The position numbers and the translations under genes are program-made. The notes under the pieces are model-generated. The model was not told where the DNA came from, made no database searches, and saw nothing but the letters and a program-made list of their open reading frames with translations. Below are positions 31,685 through 43,674 of a DNA stretch of 64,000 bases, piece after piece. Where the stretch lies: the NCBI GenBank assembly GCA_963727895.1, contig CAVSHT010000009.1, forward strand, positions 224,001-288,000, in the 5' to 3' direction. The DNA comes from an uncultured Methanosarcinaceae archaeon (lineage in GTDB: Archaea; Halobacteriota; Methanosarcinia; Methanosarcinales; Methanosarcinaceae). Within the stretch, counting starts at the first letter, position 1. Each line of letters begins with the position of its first letter.

Positions 31685-32614
31685 ATGATTATATTTTCAG
31701 GCGGCACCGGAACTCCAAAACTCCTTGATGGACTCAAGGAAATCCTCCCAGCGGAGGAACTGACCGTTGTTGTAAATACTGCCGAAGACCTGTGGGTTTC
31801 GGGAAATTTGATTTGTCCTGACCTGGATACAGTGCTCTATCTGTTATCAGACCAGATCGACCGAAAAAGATGGTGGGGCATAAAGGACGACACCTTTCTG
31901 ACTTATGAGCGTATGCAGGAACTGGGCATTACGGAAAGCATGAAACTTGGGGACCTGGACAGGGCAACCCATATCATCCGCTCGAATTTTATCCGAAATG
32001 GAATCTCCCTTACAGATGCGACTTTAGAGCTTGCATCCTTGCTTGGAATTAATGCAAAGATTTTACCTATGTCTGATGATCCAGTTTCCACTTATATCGA
32101 AACTCCAGAAGGAATTATGCATTTTCAGGATTTCTGGGTTGGAAAACATGGAACTCCTGAAGTGCTGAATATTGACATAAGGAGAGTTTCCGAAGCTTCA
32201 ATTTCTCCAAAGGTGCTCGAAGCCCTGGAGAACGACGACAAAGTTCTTATTGGGCCAAGTAACCCAATTACAAGCATAGGACCTATTATTTCTCTTCCAG
32301 GCATGAAAGATCTTCTTCAAAAGAAAAAGGTCGTGGGAGTCAGCCCAATAATTGGCAATGCCCCTGTAAGTGGACCTGCCGGAAAATTGATGCAGGCATC
32401 GGGACTTGAAGTCTCTTCAATGGGAGTTGCGGAATATTACCAGGATTTCCTTGATGTTTTTGTTTTCGATGAGCGAGATCAAGCAGACGAATTTGCATTT
32501 GAGAAACTTGGATGTCGTGCTTCACGTGCCGATACTTTAATGACTTCAACTGAAAAAAGCAAGGAACTGGCAGAATTGGTAGTAGGGCTTTTTGATACTA
32601 TTTCCTGCCCGTAA
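31685..32614 (+). CDS. cofD: 2-phospho-L-lactate transferase (F420 synthesis)
   Basis: SGGTGTPKLL, VNTAED, CPDLDTV, GD.DRATH, HFQDFWV, IGPSNPITSIGPI. Confidence 0.97.
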   Translation: MIIFSGGTGTPKLLDGLKEILPAEELTVVVNTAEDLWVSGNLICPDLDTVLYLLSDQIDRKRWWGIKDDTFLTYERMQELGITESMKLGDLDRATHIIRSNFIRNGISLTDATLELASLLGINAKILPMSDDPVSTYIETPEGIMHFQDFWVGKHGTPEVLNIDIRRVSEASISPKVLEALENDDKVLIGPSNPITSIGPIISLPGMKDLLQKKKVVGVSPIIGNAPVSGPAGKLMQASGLEVSSMGVAEYYQDFLDVFVFDERDQADEFAFEKLGCRASRADTLMTSTEKSKELAELVVGLFDTISCP

Positions 32615-32914
32615 TTTTTTCTTATTTTTGGATTTTATTCGCGCCTTAGAAGTTTATAGAGACCAGTTTAAATTATTTTTTAATAGTGTGAGTTCGTCAT
32701 TTTTTACTAATTTTCGTATTTATACTCATACTTCTTTTCATTACCCTGCTTTGCTCAGGTCTCTATGGATATTCTTTGCGTTATATATTTAGTAGAATAT
32801 TCTCAATGTTAACAAAATCCGAAAGTTTTATGTAATACCTTTTCAAAAATAAGTAATACAAAAATGGATTTAAAATAAATTTTTTCTTATTTATTACATT
32901 GTATTGTCTGGAAA

Positions 32915-34078
32915 GTGTTATTTTTAGAGTCAAACTATGAAAAATTCAGTTTGATTAATGTGGAGTATAAGCATGATAAAAGCAAGTATAACGAATCAAA
33001 GACAAGTGAAAGTAAAATTCGTTTATCTTTTTTTGCTGGCAACCCTTGTTTTTCCCTTGGATCTATTCCAGGAATGGCAGCTGAAAATTGTAACTCGAAT
33101 TTGATGGGTCAGGTATTTTATGCAGCCGAGGCAGATCTTGGTGCTATTGGACCAAATAATACACTTATTATTACGGATATAGGTTCTCTTGCAGATTCTT
33201 ATGTTTACCTGGACGATTTCTACTCACAGTTTTATGGCAGGGACCTTCTGTACACAAAGAATCTCCTCACTGTCCAGAACTCAAGGAACAGCCCCCTCTG
33301 GTTTGCATTCTTTGATAAATGCAGCGGGAATTGTACCTATATCGAAATTTCTTATGAAAACGAAAGTAAAATCAGCTGTAAGGTAACGGAAAACATAGAC
33401 TTTGATAAACTTTCGAAAAATCAGAAATCAAAAGATGCGTGGAGTGAAAAAGCAAATAATAGTGTATTTGACGGACACGAATTTGCTATTCTTACAATAG
33501 CTAATGCCTGGGCTACAGAGAAGCTTGATTATGAGCTTATGGAGTGCCTTGAAGTTCACAATCATTTCTGTCCCGGAGTCTCCAGTGGATATGTGCTTGC
33601 AAACTGGATGGAAAAAAATTATCCTCTTAAGGACGGCGTAAGTTACACGGTTTTCGCCTGTCCTCCTAGGTGCAAAGACGATGTTTTTGTAAAATGCTGG
33701 GACACTACTCCAGGTAAAGGAGGAATCTGGGTATCTTCACTAACAGATAACGAGACCGAAGCTCTAGGAGGTTCTCCTGCAGGTATTTTCGTGGTCACGG
33801 ATAAAAATGCAGGAACTATGAAAGCTGTAGCTCTTGGATTTAACTTTGACGTTGTCAGTGAAAAATGCGGAATAAAAGCAGATGATCCAGCATGGGTCTC
33901 GAAGTATTTAGAGGATCTCTGGCTTATGAATAAGAATAATTGGGATACAAAAGGACTTGTTTCGGTAATTTCAGTGAAGAATATTGATGCAGATACCCTG
34001 AAAAAGATGGAGCTGGCAGACAATAATCCTTATGTAGTTCTCGGACTGCTTAAGCCGGCAGGAAATTCAAGTACTTAA
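32915..34078 (+). CDS. FmdE-family secreted protein; true N-terminus probably frameshifted (ATG 32973)
   Basis: HNHFCPGVSSG and P.CKDD motifs; signal peptide encoded in another frame from 32973. Confidence 0.75.
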   Translation: MLFLESNYEKFSLINVEYKHDKSKYNESKTSESKIRLSFFAGNPCFSLGSIPGMAAENCNSNLMGQVFYAAEADLGAIGPNNTLIITDIGSLADSYVYLDDFYSQFYGRDLLYTKNLLTVQNSRNSPLWFAFFDKCSGNCTYIEISYENESKISCKVTENIDFDKLSKNQKSKDAWSEKANNSVFDGHEFAILTIANAWATEKLDYELMECLEVHNHFCPGVSSGYVLANWMEKNYPLKDGVSYTVFACPPRCKDDVFVKCWDTTPGKGGIWVSSLTDNETEALGGSPAGIFVVTDKNAGTMKAVALGFNFDVVSEKCGIKADDPAWVSKYLEDLWLMNKNNWDTKGLVSVISVKNIDADTLKKMELADNNPYVVLGLLKPAGNSST

Positions 34079-34297
34079 AAATGAGAATACCCGAGAAACA
34101 ACTGACTAACTAAAACCATAACGAAAATTAATCACGTATATTGAGGATTCAGTAATCCTCATATTTTTCCTTATTCTCTTCCTTTTTTATTTTTTGGTAA
34201 CTCTGAGATTTTCCGAAATAAATCTACTTTCTTCCTAAATATCCAGATATCCAGTTTTTGACTGTCATATGCATCTGGATTACACGATAAGGTTATA

Positions 34298-34381
34298 GAA
34301 TTCTTTATTACTTGAAACGAATTCCTTATTAATAGCACAGAATTTTTTATTCTCAGAACAGGATTCCTTATTAATAATATC
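34298..34381. repeat. 4 x 21-bp degenerate tandem repeat upstream of hpt
   Basis: units start g(a/g)att(c/t)(c/t)ttatt at 34298, 34319, 34340, 34361. Confidence 0.8.
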
Positions 34382-34429
34382 ATTCTTTACATAGAGAGAT
34401 ATCGCAACAGCCAAAAAAGAGTTAGTACC

Positions 34430-35002
34430 ATGCTTGAAAAACTGAAAACCTCACTCATTAATTCTCCTGTAATCAAGAGAGGAGAATATAATTATTTTAT
34501 CCATCCAATTTCTGATGGTGTGCCATCCATAGACCCCCATATGATTGAAGAAATCGCCGAATATATTCTCCAGATTACCGACATTAAAAAAGTTGACACT
34601 ATTCTTACAATAGAGGCCATGGGTATTCCTGTAGCAAATGCACTTTCTCTGAAAACGGGAATTCCTTTAACAATTGTTCGAAAGCGACCTTATTTCCTTG
34701 AAGGAGAAGTAGAACTGTCTCAAAGCACAGGATACTCGAAAGGAACACTTTATATAAACGGGCTCAAGAAAGGGGATAAAGTAATTATCGTGGACGATGT
34801 CATCAGTACTGGCGGAACACTAATAGCACTTGTAAAAGCCCTGAAAACAATGGGTGTAGAGATTCAGGATGTAATTTCGGTTATTGGGCGAGGGACCGGA
34901 GGAGTACAATTGAAGGAAATCGGAATTGAACCCAAAATTCTCGTTACTATCGATGTAAGCGAGAAAGGTGTGGAGATAAAAAATGTCTTTGGGAACGATT
35001 GA
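34430..35002 (+). CDS. hpt: hypoxanthine/guanine phosphoribosyltransferase (archaeal)
   Basis: [37 protein letters not shown]. Confidence 0.93.
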   Translation: MLEKLKTSLINSPVIKRGEYNYFIHPISDGVPSIDPHMIEEIAEYILQITDIKKVDTILTIEAMGIPVANALSLKTGIPLTIVRKRPYFLEGEVELSQSTGYSKGTLYINGLKKGDKVIIVDDVISTGGTLIALVKALKTMGVEIQDVISVIGRGTGGVQLKEIGIEPKILVTIDVSEKGVEIKNVFGND

Positions 35003-35990
35003 AGCTTTTGACTTAAGGCCTGACTATATTATCAGTGTCATAAAAAAACTTGGGGCTAAAATCGTAGGTTTCCAGTTTCCGGAGGGACTTAAACGGAAAG
35101 GCCCAGAGCTCGCAAAAAAAGTTGAAGAAGCTACAGGCGCTGAAATCATTATTTCTGGAGACCCATGCTTTGGAGCTTGTGACCTGGATAAAACCCTGCT
35201 TGAACAAGTTGATATTCTTTTCCACTTTGGGCATGCTGAACTTGAGGACACTAAACTTTCCGAAAAGGTATATTTCATAGAGACACGTTCTCCAGTTGAG
35301 ATTCGGCCTGCCGTTGAAAAAGCTGTATCTCAACTCAAAGGTCAGGTTATAGGATTAATTACTACTGTCCAGCACGTCCATAAACTTTCAGATGCTTGTG
35401 TAGTCCTCGAAGCAAATGGAAAGACCTGCATAATTGGGCGTGGGGATTCCAGGCTTGCATATCCAGGTCAGGTGCTCGGCTGTAATTTTTCGGCAGCAAG
35501 GAGAGAAGTCTGCGATGAATACCTGTATATAGGAAGCGGAGATTTCCATCCTCTAGGTGTAGCCCTTTCCACAAAAAAAAGAGTTGTTGTAGCTGATCCT
35601 TTTTCCAAGGAGGTTCGAGAGGTAGATCCCTCAAGGATTCTTCGTCAAAGGAGCGCGGTAATTGCAAAGTCTCTGGATGCAGAAGTTTTTGGGATAATAG
35701 TTTCAAGCAAGAATGGACAAGAAAGAATGAAGCTAGCTTCTTCTTTAAAAGCACTTGCAAAACAACATGGAAAGGAAGCGTATATTATCCTGATCGATCT
35801 AGTAACTCCAGATCAGCTTCTTCAGTTCAAAGTAGATGCTTTTGTAAATACTGCCTGTCCCAGGCTTGCAATTGACGAAGTAGGACGTTTTCCATCTCCC
35901 ATGCTTACGCCTCAGGAATTTGAGATCGTGCTCGGAAAAAGAGAATGGGAAAACCTCGTACTCGATGAGATTACCGAGGAGCCTGTATAA
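34983..35990 (+). CDS. dph2: diphthamide biosynthesis enzyme Dph2
   Basis: QFPEGLK, CFGACD, HFGH, GQVLGC, TACPRL. Confidence 0.96.
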   Translation: MSLGTIEAFDLRPDYIISVIKKLGAKIVGFQFPEGLKRKGPELAKKVEEATGAEIIISGDPCFGACDLDKTLLEQVDILFHFGHAELEDTKLSEKVYFIETRSPVEIRPAVEKAVSQLKGQVIGLITTVQHVHKLSDACVVLEANGKTCIIGRGDSRLAYPGQVLGCNFSAARREVCDEYLYIGSGDFHPLGVALSTKKRVVVADPFSKEVREVDPSRILRQRSAVIAKSLDAEVFGIIVSSKNGQERMKLASSLKALAKQHGKEAYIILIDLVTPDQLLQFKVDAFVNTACPRLAIDEVGRFPSPMLTPQEFEIVLGKREWENLVLDEITEEPV

Positions 35991-36075
35991 TATTTACTAT
36001 TGGTCAGTTATAAGTACTGTATTAAAATATATAAACAAAGAATTAATCTATGTAATAAAGAATTAAGTCAATGAA

Positions 36076-36669
36076 ATGAAACAAAGAAAACTTGAGATGC
36101 TGCTTGAAGAATTGGAAAATTTTTCCGATCCTGAACTTGAGCTGGAACAGTACCAGACACCTTCTCTTCTAGCTGCGGAAATTCTTCACTTTGCTTATAT
36201 GCAGGGAGATCTTGATGACTCAGTACAGGATCTGGGTTGTGGCACTGGGATTCTTGCAATAGGGGTGAAACTTATAGGAGCTAGAAAGGTTGTTGGATAT
36301 GATTCAGATCAAAAAGCCCTTGAGATCGCAAAGAAAAATGCCAGGAAACTTGGAGTAGAAGTCGAGTTTGTATTATTGGATGTTACAGACGTTACAAACC
36401 ATGTAAAAACCACAATTATGAATCCTCCCTTCGGGGCAAGAGTTAAAGGTAGAGACAGACAGTTTCTTTCGTCAGCATTAAGAACAAGTGAAGTTATATA
36501 TTCAATCCATAACCGCGGAAGCCTTGCTTTTATCCAAAAGTTCATTAAGCCTGCGGTCATTACACATTCCTATGTCGCGAAATTCCCTCTAAAACGAACC
36601 TTTGATTTCCATAAAAAAGAAAGAGAGGTTATTGAGGTCGAGATATACAGAATTAAAGTCTCAGGATAA
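36076..36669 (+). CDS. METTL5-family N6-adenine RNA methyltransferase
   Basis: LEQYQTP, DLGCGTGILA, MNPPFG, YSIH. Confidence 0.92.
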   Translation: MKQRKLEMLLEELENFSDPELELEQYQTPSLLAAEILHFAYMQGDLDDSVQDLGCGTGILAIGVKLIGARKVVGYDSDQKALEIAKKNARKLGVEVEFVLLDVTDVTNHVKTTIMNPPFGARVKGRDRQFLSSALRTSEVIYSIHNRGSLAFIQKFIKPAVITHSYVAKFPLKRTFDFHKKEREVIEVEIYRIKVSG

Positions 36670-36969
36670 TTCAAACACAATTAATGTTGTTTAAGGCATC
36701 AAATTCTATAGCGCCAGTGTAAGGGCTTTACCTTAAGGCAGCAATAAAGCCACTTACAGGATGCCTGTATATTATCAAATTATACGATGCGTCGGGAAAA
36801 ATGGCAGATAATAAGAACTTGATAATTTATTCTCTTCTGAGGTTGATTATCTGTTAATTGAACGGTTACCAGGGTTTGATTGAATAGTTGCCAGTATTCT
36901 AACATTGTTGATATTGCTGCCATTAATTTGTACTGATTATTAACTTAACGATAATTAAAATGAGGGATT

Positions 36970-37914
36970 ATGATTAGAATTCGAAAAAGTAAAACTACGA
37001 GAAAGAAATTGACTGGACCGAGCGAAATAAAACCAGTTACCGAGAAGGTTACTCAAATCACTTCAGAAAGCAGGGATCAATTCAAGGGTCAATCTAGGGA
37101 TCAGTTTAAACCCCAACAACCCCATTCCAGAGAGCAATCCCGAGATCAATACAGGAGTCAATCAAGAGATAACTTAAGGGGATATTCCAGAGACCAGTTT
37201 AAAGCTCAGTCCAGAGATCAATCAAAGGACCAGTTCCGAGGAAACCAGAGTAAAAAAAGAAGAGTTCCTTATTCGAAAAAAGGTTCCAGGGAAAGAACGG
37301 AAATGTCTGAAATCAGATCTCCTTATGAAATAAAGAGCCCGGAAGAAGAACTTGAAAAGGGAGGTTTTGTTATCCCAGGGGAACTTGTTGGAACTACAGA
37401 AGAGTTCAAGCCCGGAGAAGGAACAACCATATCTGGTGGAGATATTTACTCTACAGCTACTGGAAACGTAGTTATCGACAGAAAAGCGAGAGTAGTCACA
37501 GTCAGGCCAAGCACGCTAACTCCGAATATTCTTAAAGTAGGGGATATTGTATATGGAAAAATAACTGACACGCGTGAATCTGGAGCAATGGTTGAAATTG
37601 CAGGAATTGAAGGTAAAGAAAATAGAGAAATTGTCAATGTCAGGTCTGGAGACATTCATGTATCTAATGTTCGGGATTCTTATGTAAAGAGACTTTCAGA
37701 CGAATTAAAATTCTTGGATATAATCAGGGCCAAAGTTATCGATACAGATAGGATGCGTTTGACAATAGCTGAAGATTCCCTTGGAGTTGTAAAAGCCTAC
37801 TGCTCAAATTGCAGAGGAGAACTTGTATTAGAAGGGAAAAAGCTTAAATGCCCTGTCTGCAATATGACTGAAACTCGCAAGATCTCAACCGCGTATGGGA
37901 AAGGAATCCAGTAA
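36970..37914 (+). CDS. csl4: exosome RNA-binding subunit Csl4 with long N-terminal extension
   Basis: FVIPGE.VGT.EEF.PGEGT, S1 domain, LGVVKAYCSNC...CPVC..TETRKIS zinc ribbon; precedes rpoL. Confidence 0.93.
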   Translation: MIRIRKSKTTRKKLTGPSEIKPVTEKVTQITSESRDQFKGQSRDQFKPQQPHSREQSRDQYRSQSRDNLRGYSRDQFKAQSRDQSKDQFRGNQSKKRRVPYSKKGSRERTEMSEIRSPYEIKSPEEELEKGGFVIPGELVGTTEEFKPGEGTTISGGDIYSTATGNVVIDRKARVVTVRPSTLTPNILKVGDIVYGKITDTRESGAMVEIAGIEGKENREIVNVRSGDIHVSNVRDSYVKRLSDELKFLDIIRAKVIDTDRMRLTIAEDSLGVVKAYCSNCRGELVLEGKKLKCPVCNMTETRKISTAYGKGIQ

Positions 37915-38001
37915 TTTCTTTCTCCCTGCTGGTATGGATTTCTGCACAATAGATTCTCTGTAGTTAATATATTACTCACCATTTTACAGGTGATCACCAA
38001 T

Positions 38002-38280
38002 ATGGAACTGAACATTCTTTCCAAAACAGACAACGAGTTTGAAGTCGAGCTCAAAGGCGAGACACATACCCTTCTCAATATGCTTAAGGACCTTCTGATT
38101 AGAGATGAAAGGGTTGAGATCGCTTTTTACGATATGAAATATGTAAGTATCAGTGACCCGATTCTTTACATCAAAACCGATGGTACGAATCCTATTGAAG
38201 TCTTAAAGGACGCTGCTTCGAAAATAATTGCTCAGTGTGATGAATTTACTGATGTTTTTGGCAAAGCAGTAAACGCCTGA
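38002..38280 (+). CDS. rpoL: RNA polymerase subunit L (Rpo11)
   Basis: GETHTLLNMLK...FYDM..VSISDPILYIKT. Confidence 0.95.
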   Translation: MELNILSKTDNEFEVELKGETHTLLNMLKDLLIRDERVEIAFYDMKYVSISDPILYIKTDGTNPIEVLKDAASKIIAQCDEFTDVFGKAVNA

Positions 38281-38609
38281 AACCTCTGAAAAAATAGCTG
38301 CATAGCGTCTTTATAAAGACGTTTTGTTTTCTTTTTCCTAGAAATCCGGAATTTTTTGTATAGAAAGTTCCAGACAGCTATTAAATTGAGCTTTTGCTAT
38401 ATTCAAATCTCATAAATTTTTGGAATACTTTTTTATGAATTCTCTGCATATCCAGGATAAATAAGAAATATTAAACGCGAAATTAAGCTAAAAGCATTAA
38501 ACTGGATAGAATCATACCATTATTTTTAGTTCAAAAACCATATTCCGGAATATAATTAAAAAATTATAAATTAAAATTTAATTAATACGTAACTAATATT
38601 GAGGTATGA

Positions 38610-39776
<1,167 letters not shown>

Positions 39777-40095
39777 TATCCGCTGAAATCAAATTTTTTC
39801 TGATGCCCTAGAACAATTAATAATTTGTTCCTTCTACTGGGCATTTTGATTCCTTTTTTAATCTTTTTTTGGAAATATATCTTGGATTTTCATTATGAAT
39901 GATGGTAGCTGGAATAGCTGTTTGTTTTTACTAGCTGAACCTGATTTTTTGCTTGCAATTTCAAAAACGCAGTTTAAATGCTATATGGCAGCCCTGGACG
40001 GAAATATATTAAAAAAGATTTTGAGGTTGTATGTTTTGTTTTTCAACATTTTTTGAGTAAAAAACAAATTCTTTTTTTCGGGGATTTGCATGTTT

Positions 40096-40434
40096 TTACT
40101 TCTTCAACTCCACGTTTTCCACATATCCTTCTCCCCGCGGGGTTGGGACATAAAATACTTTTCCCTTCTCTTCTATTTTTTCGATGTAAAGTGCATCTTC
40201 CAGCATGTTAAGGTGGAAATTTTCCATGTGATCGTTCAGGTTGAATTTTTCTTTTATTTCCTCAAAAGATTTTTTTTCACTTCCGAGCGATATCAGGATC
40301 TATCTTCTCACGGTATTCTGAAGAACCTTGTGTCCAAATTTATGATATTCGGTCGGATTTCTTGTCAGTTTACCTTCACGTTTCATTCGCTCGAGCCATT
40401 CTTATTTTCTGTTATTAGATTCATCGAGAGTCAT
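40096..40434 (-). pseudogene. ArsR-like winged-helix regulator, multiple lesions
   Basis: manual translation MTLDESNNRK*EWLERMKREG...KVLQNTVRR*ILISLG..KKSFEEIKEKFNL / FHLNMLEDALYIEK / TPRGEGYVENV. Confidence 0.65.
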
Positions 40435-40905
40435 GGTGATCACTAATATATTTATTTGAATATGTAAATAAGTTTGCGGAATTGGCCACTTTCCCGGATT
40501 TACCTATAAATAACATGATTCTCAATTCCTTTTCCATGAAACTGAACCCTGAACTTGAATCCTTAATTGCTTACAAAATTATCCTCACTGTCAATCTTAT
40601 AAATATGAATGTAGCTGTGAGCCTTCGTTGAGCATTATAGGAGAGAATATATTCTTTGAAGGAAGCCTACGAGAAAAATTGAGTAATAAGAATCTATTTT
40701 TTCCTTATTAGAACCTAGAACTTACGAAGTTTAACTGAAAAAACATTAATATCAAGCCTTTAACCACTAAAAAGATAAATTTTACAACAGTTTTCATTTC
40801 TTCATTGTACCTGATCGAATACTAAGACAGTTTAGACCTTATGATGAATTAAATATCATGGATCTCTAATTATACTGTGAGGATTATTATTGTGGAGGGA
40901 TATGT

Positions 40906-41271
40906 TTGGAAGACGATAGTGGAGATATGTTTAAGCATAAACTTGGGAAGTGGGTTCTAAGTATAGATGAATGTGCTTTTATGGATCTTATGGAGATTGG
41001 AAAGAACAAGTCTATGCGTCAATATCTGATCAAGTCAATTGATAATTGGGTAAACAAAAAAGAACCACTTATAACAGATGAATTTATTTCGGAAATGTGT
41101 GACTTTATTAAAAGCGAAAATGAAGTTATTTATGACCGTTTGATAAAGAAATGCGCTCTAAAAGGAATAAGTGTGGGTGAAGGTATATTTGAATCACTGA
41201 GCCTTCTGAATTGCGGAATGATAAATGCGCAGGAGTGCAGACAGTATATAGATGACTCCTCTGAGGAGTGA
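40906..41271 (+). CDS. hypothetical protein
   Basis: open 121-codon frame with GGAGG upstream; no recognised motif. Confidence 0.55.
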   Translation: MEDDSGDMFKHKLGKWVLSIDECAFMDLMEIGKNKSMRQYLIKSIDNWVNKKEPLITDEFISEMCDFIKSENEVIYDRLIKKCALKGISVGEGIFESLSLLNCGMINAQECRQYIDDSSEE

Positions 41272-41450
41272 TACTCCCACTTTATTTTATCTCCTGTACT
41301 TCATATAGTAAATTCAAAATATATTTTGTACAAAAAAGGATATTCAGGTACAGCAGAAAGATCTTGCAATGAAATTTCTCTGCTATTTACCTGTCTTTAG
41401 TTTTTTAGTAAATATTAGGAGATTTTTCCAATCTTTGCAAAAACATATTT

Positions 41451-42713
41451 TTACTTGAAATCCTTTAGAGATTCGAAATCCAGGGTTGAAAAGTAATCCT
41501 CAATAGTTTCGGCTCTCCTGATCTGCACAACGCTTCCATCTTTCCTGAGAAGAAGTTCAACAGAGCGAAGTTTTCCGTTATAATTGAAGCCCATTGCATG
41601 TCCGTGAGCCCCTGTATCATGTATTACAAGGATATCTCCAATTTCAATTTCAGGAAGTGACCTGTCAACTGCGAACTTGTCATTGTTTTCGCAGAGAGAA
41701 CCGGTTACATCATATTTATGGACAGGAGATTTTTTTTCCTTTCCGAGTACAGTTATATGGTGGTATGCTCCGTACATACCTGGGCGCATAAGGTTTGCCA
41801 TACAGGAATCCATCCCAACATAGTCCTTGTATGTGTGTTTGATATGCCTTACCTGAGAAACCAGATAACCATACGGACCTGTAATTACACGACCGCATTC
41901 CAAGAAGACTTTTAGCGGATAAAGTCCATTAGCCTTGATTGTAACGTTGTAAGCTTCTTTAGTGCCTTTTGCCACAGCTTCAAAGGAAACAGGTTTCTCA
42001 TCAGGCCTATAGGGTATACCTATGCCTCCTCCAAGATTCACAAATTCAAACTTTATGTCGAGTTCCTTTGAGATTTCAACTATGAGTTCAAAGAGAATTT
42101 TTGCAGTTTCCACAAAGTAGTCAGGATTTAATTCGTTCGAGGCTACCATTGTATGCATTCCAAAACGCTTTATTCCCTTGTCTCTGAGTATACGGTAGCC
42201 TTCAAAAAGCTGGTCTCTAGTAAAACCGTACTTTGCCTCTTCCGGTTTTCCAATGATTGCATTTCCCCCTTTAAGAGGACCAGGATTGTATCTGAAACAG
42301 ACAATCTTCGGAAGTCCGGCATTCTTCTCGAGGTAGTCAATATGGCTTATGTCATCAAGATTTATATATGCTCCAAGCTCTTTTGCCTTTACAAACTCTT
42401 CAGCAGGAGTATCGTTTGAACTGAACATTATATATCCCTCAGTCATTCCTGCTTTTTCGGCAAGAATTAACTCGGGCAAAGAGCTGCAATCTGCACCAAA
42501 ACCTTCATCTTTGAGGATTTTAAGAATGAAAGGGTTTGGAAGAGCTTTTACCGCAAAAAACTCTTTAAAGCCGGGAACTTCCCTAAAAGCTGTTTTCATT
42601 CTCCGTGCATTTTCCAGAATTGCTTTCTCATCGTATATATGAAACGGCGTAGGATATTTTTTTATTATTTCCAGAATGTCTTCTTTGGTGAAGGGAAGAT
42701 CCTTTGAAACCAT
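41451..42713 (-). CDS. lysA: diaminopimelate decarboxylase
   Basis: PTPFHIYDE, FAVKALPN, NLGGGIG, ECGR, GSLCENND, GAHG.AMGFNYN. Confidence 0.96.
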   Translation of the reverse strand: MVSKDLPFTKEDILEIIKKYPTPFHIYDEKAILENARRMKTAFREVPGFKEFFAVKALPNPFILKILKDEGFGADCSSLPELILAEKAGMTEGYIMFSSNDTPAEEFVKAKELGAYINLDDISHIDYLEKNAGLPKIVCFRYNPGPLKGGNAIIGKPEEAKYGFTRDQLFEGYRILRDKGIKRFGMHTMVASNELNPDYFVETAKILFELIVEISKELDIKFEFVNLGGGIGIPYRPDEKPVSFEAVAKGTKEAYNVTIKANGLYPLKVFLECGRVITGPYGYLVSQVRHIKHTYKDYVGMDSCMANLMRPGMYGAYHHITVLGKEKKSPVHKYDVTGSLCENNDKFAVDRSLPEIEIGDILVIHDTGAHGHAMGFNYNGKLRSVELLLRKDGSVVQIRRAETIEDYFSTLDFESLKDFK

Positions 42714-42780
42714 ATTATTACCTTATTCTCATTTTTGTTTAATGGGTTTTATACCAATTTGAACTTTTATTCCTTTATTA

Positions 42781-42960
42781 TTCTTTCGCAAGCTTTTTTT
42801 GAAAAGGCTTGAGCGAAAACCTCCAACTAGCGGCGTGATAAACCGGCGCAACGGTTTCGGCAAGCCTTTTTTGAAAAGGCTTGAGTGAAAACACAGAGAA
42901 ATGACGGGATCAATTGATGCAAAGAAAATCTTTTTCAAAAAAGGTTTGAGAGAAAACGCA
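42781..42960. repeat. intergenic palindromic repeat (AAGCCTTTT/AAAAGGCTT units)
   Basis: two caagc(c/t)ttttttgaaaaggcttgag(c/t)gaaaac units plus a degenerate third; inverted homolog at 49608-49720. Confidence 0.8.
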
Positions 42961-43288
42961 TATCAGTGTTGTGATCAATAGTATGGTTGTCTGTATGAAG
43001 GTGAAAAAAACTAAATGTACAGTTTATACTACAGCATCAAATTCTTCAAAAACTCCAAGCCCTATGAACTGAACCATTAACCACTCTCCAAAAATGATTT
43101 GAAATATATCTTTATACTTTCATTCAATCTTCAAGCCTTTATCGCTTTTCACCCTCAAATTTTAAAAATAGTATTTTCCTCTTTTTTCGCATAAAACAGT
43201 CATCCATACCGTTATCTCTTAGTTACCGAAACATTTAATATCTAAAAGATGCATGAGAAGAGTACATAGCTCTTATTTGTAACTTTAT

Positions 43289-43360
43289 GCGACTGTGGTT
43301 TAGTGGCTATGACCTGAGCTTCCCAAGCTTAGAACCCGGGTTCAAATCCCGGCAGTCGCA
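43289..43360 (+). tRNA. tRNA-Gly(CCC)
   Basis: GCGACTGTGGTTTAGTGGCTATGACCTGAGCTTCCCAAGCTTAGAACCCGGGTTCAAATCCCGGCAGTCGCA cloverleaf. Confidence 0.97.
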
Positions 43361-43674
43361 TTGAGAAATCACTTAATAAATTTTTTTTAATAAATATTAA
43401 ACTCGAAATTAGGTCGTCCATCATTATGCAGTTGATGTTTTCTTGATTAATTTTCCAGTGCTAGAAATACCTTATGTTGCATTACATACTATTAACCTTA
43501 CTAAATTAAAAAAGGTATGATGTGCCACTAAAAGTGTTTTGGAAATGACATTAACTAACTAATAGTGCACGATCAGATTTTGGCTAAATATTTTAAAAGT
43601 TCTTGTGATTAATTATGGCATTTATATATAAAGATATGAAATATGTTAAGACATAAACAATCCATAACTTAAAC

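Noticed and set aside
32826..32905. Possible metal-regulator operator (gtaata/tattac) upstream of the FmdE-family gene
   Set aside because: Half-sites are too short and irregularly spaced in very AT-rich DNA.
42781..42960. Repeat-spacer-repeat pattern as a mini CRISPR array
   Set aside because: Only 2-3 degenerate units, the spacer is conserved at a second locus, and no cas genes or leader are present.
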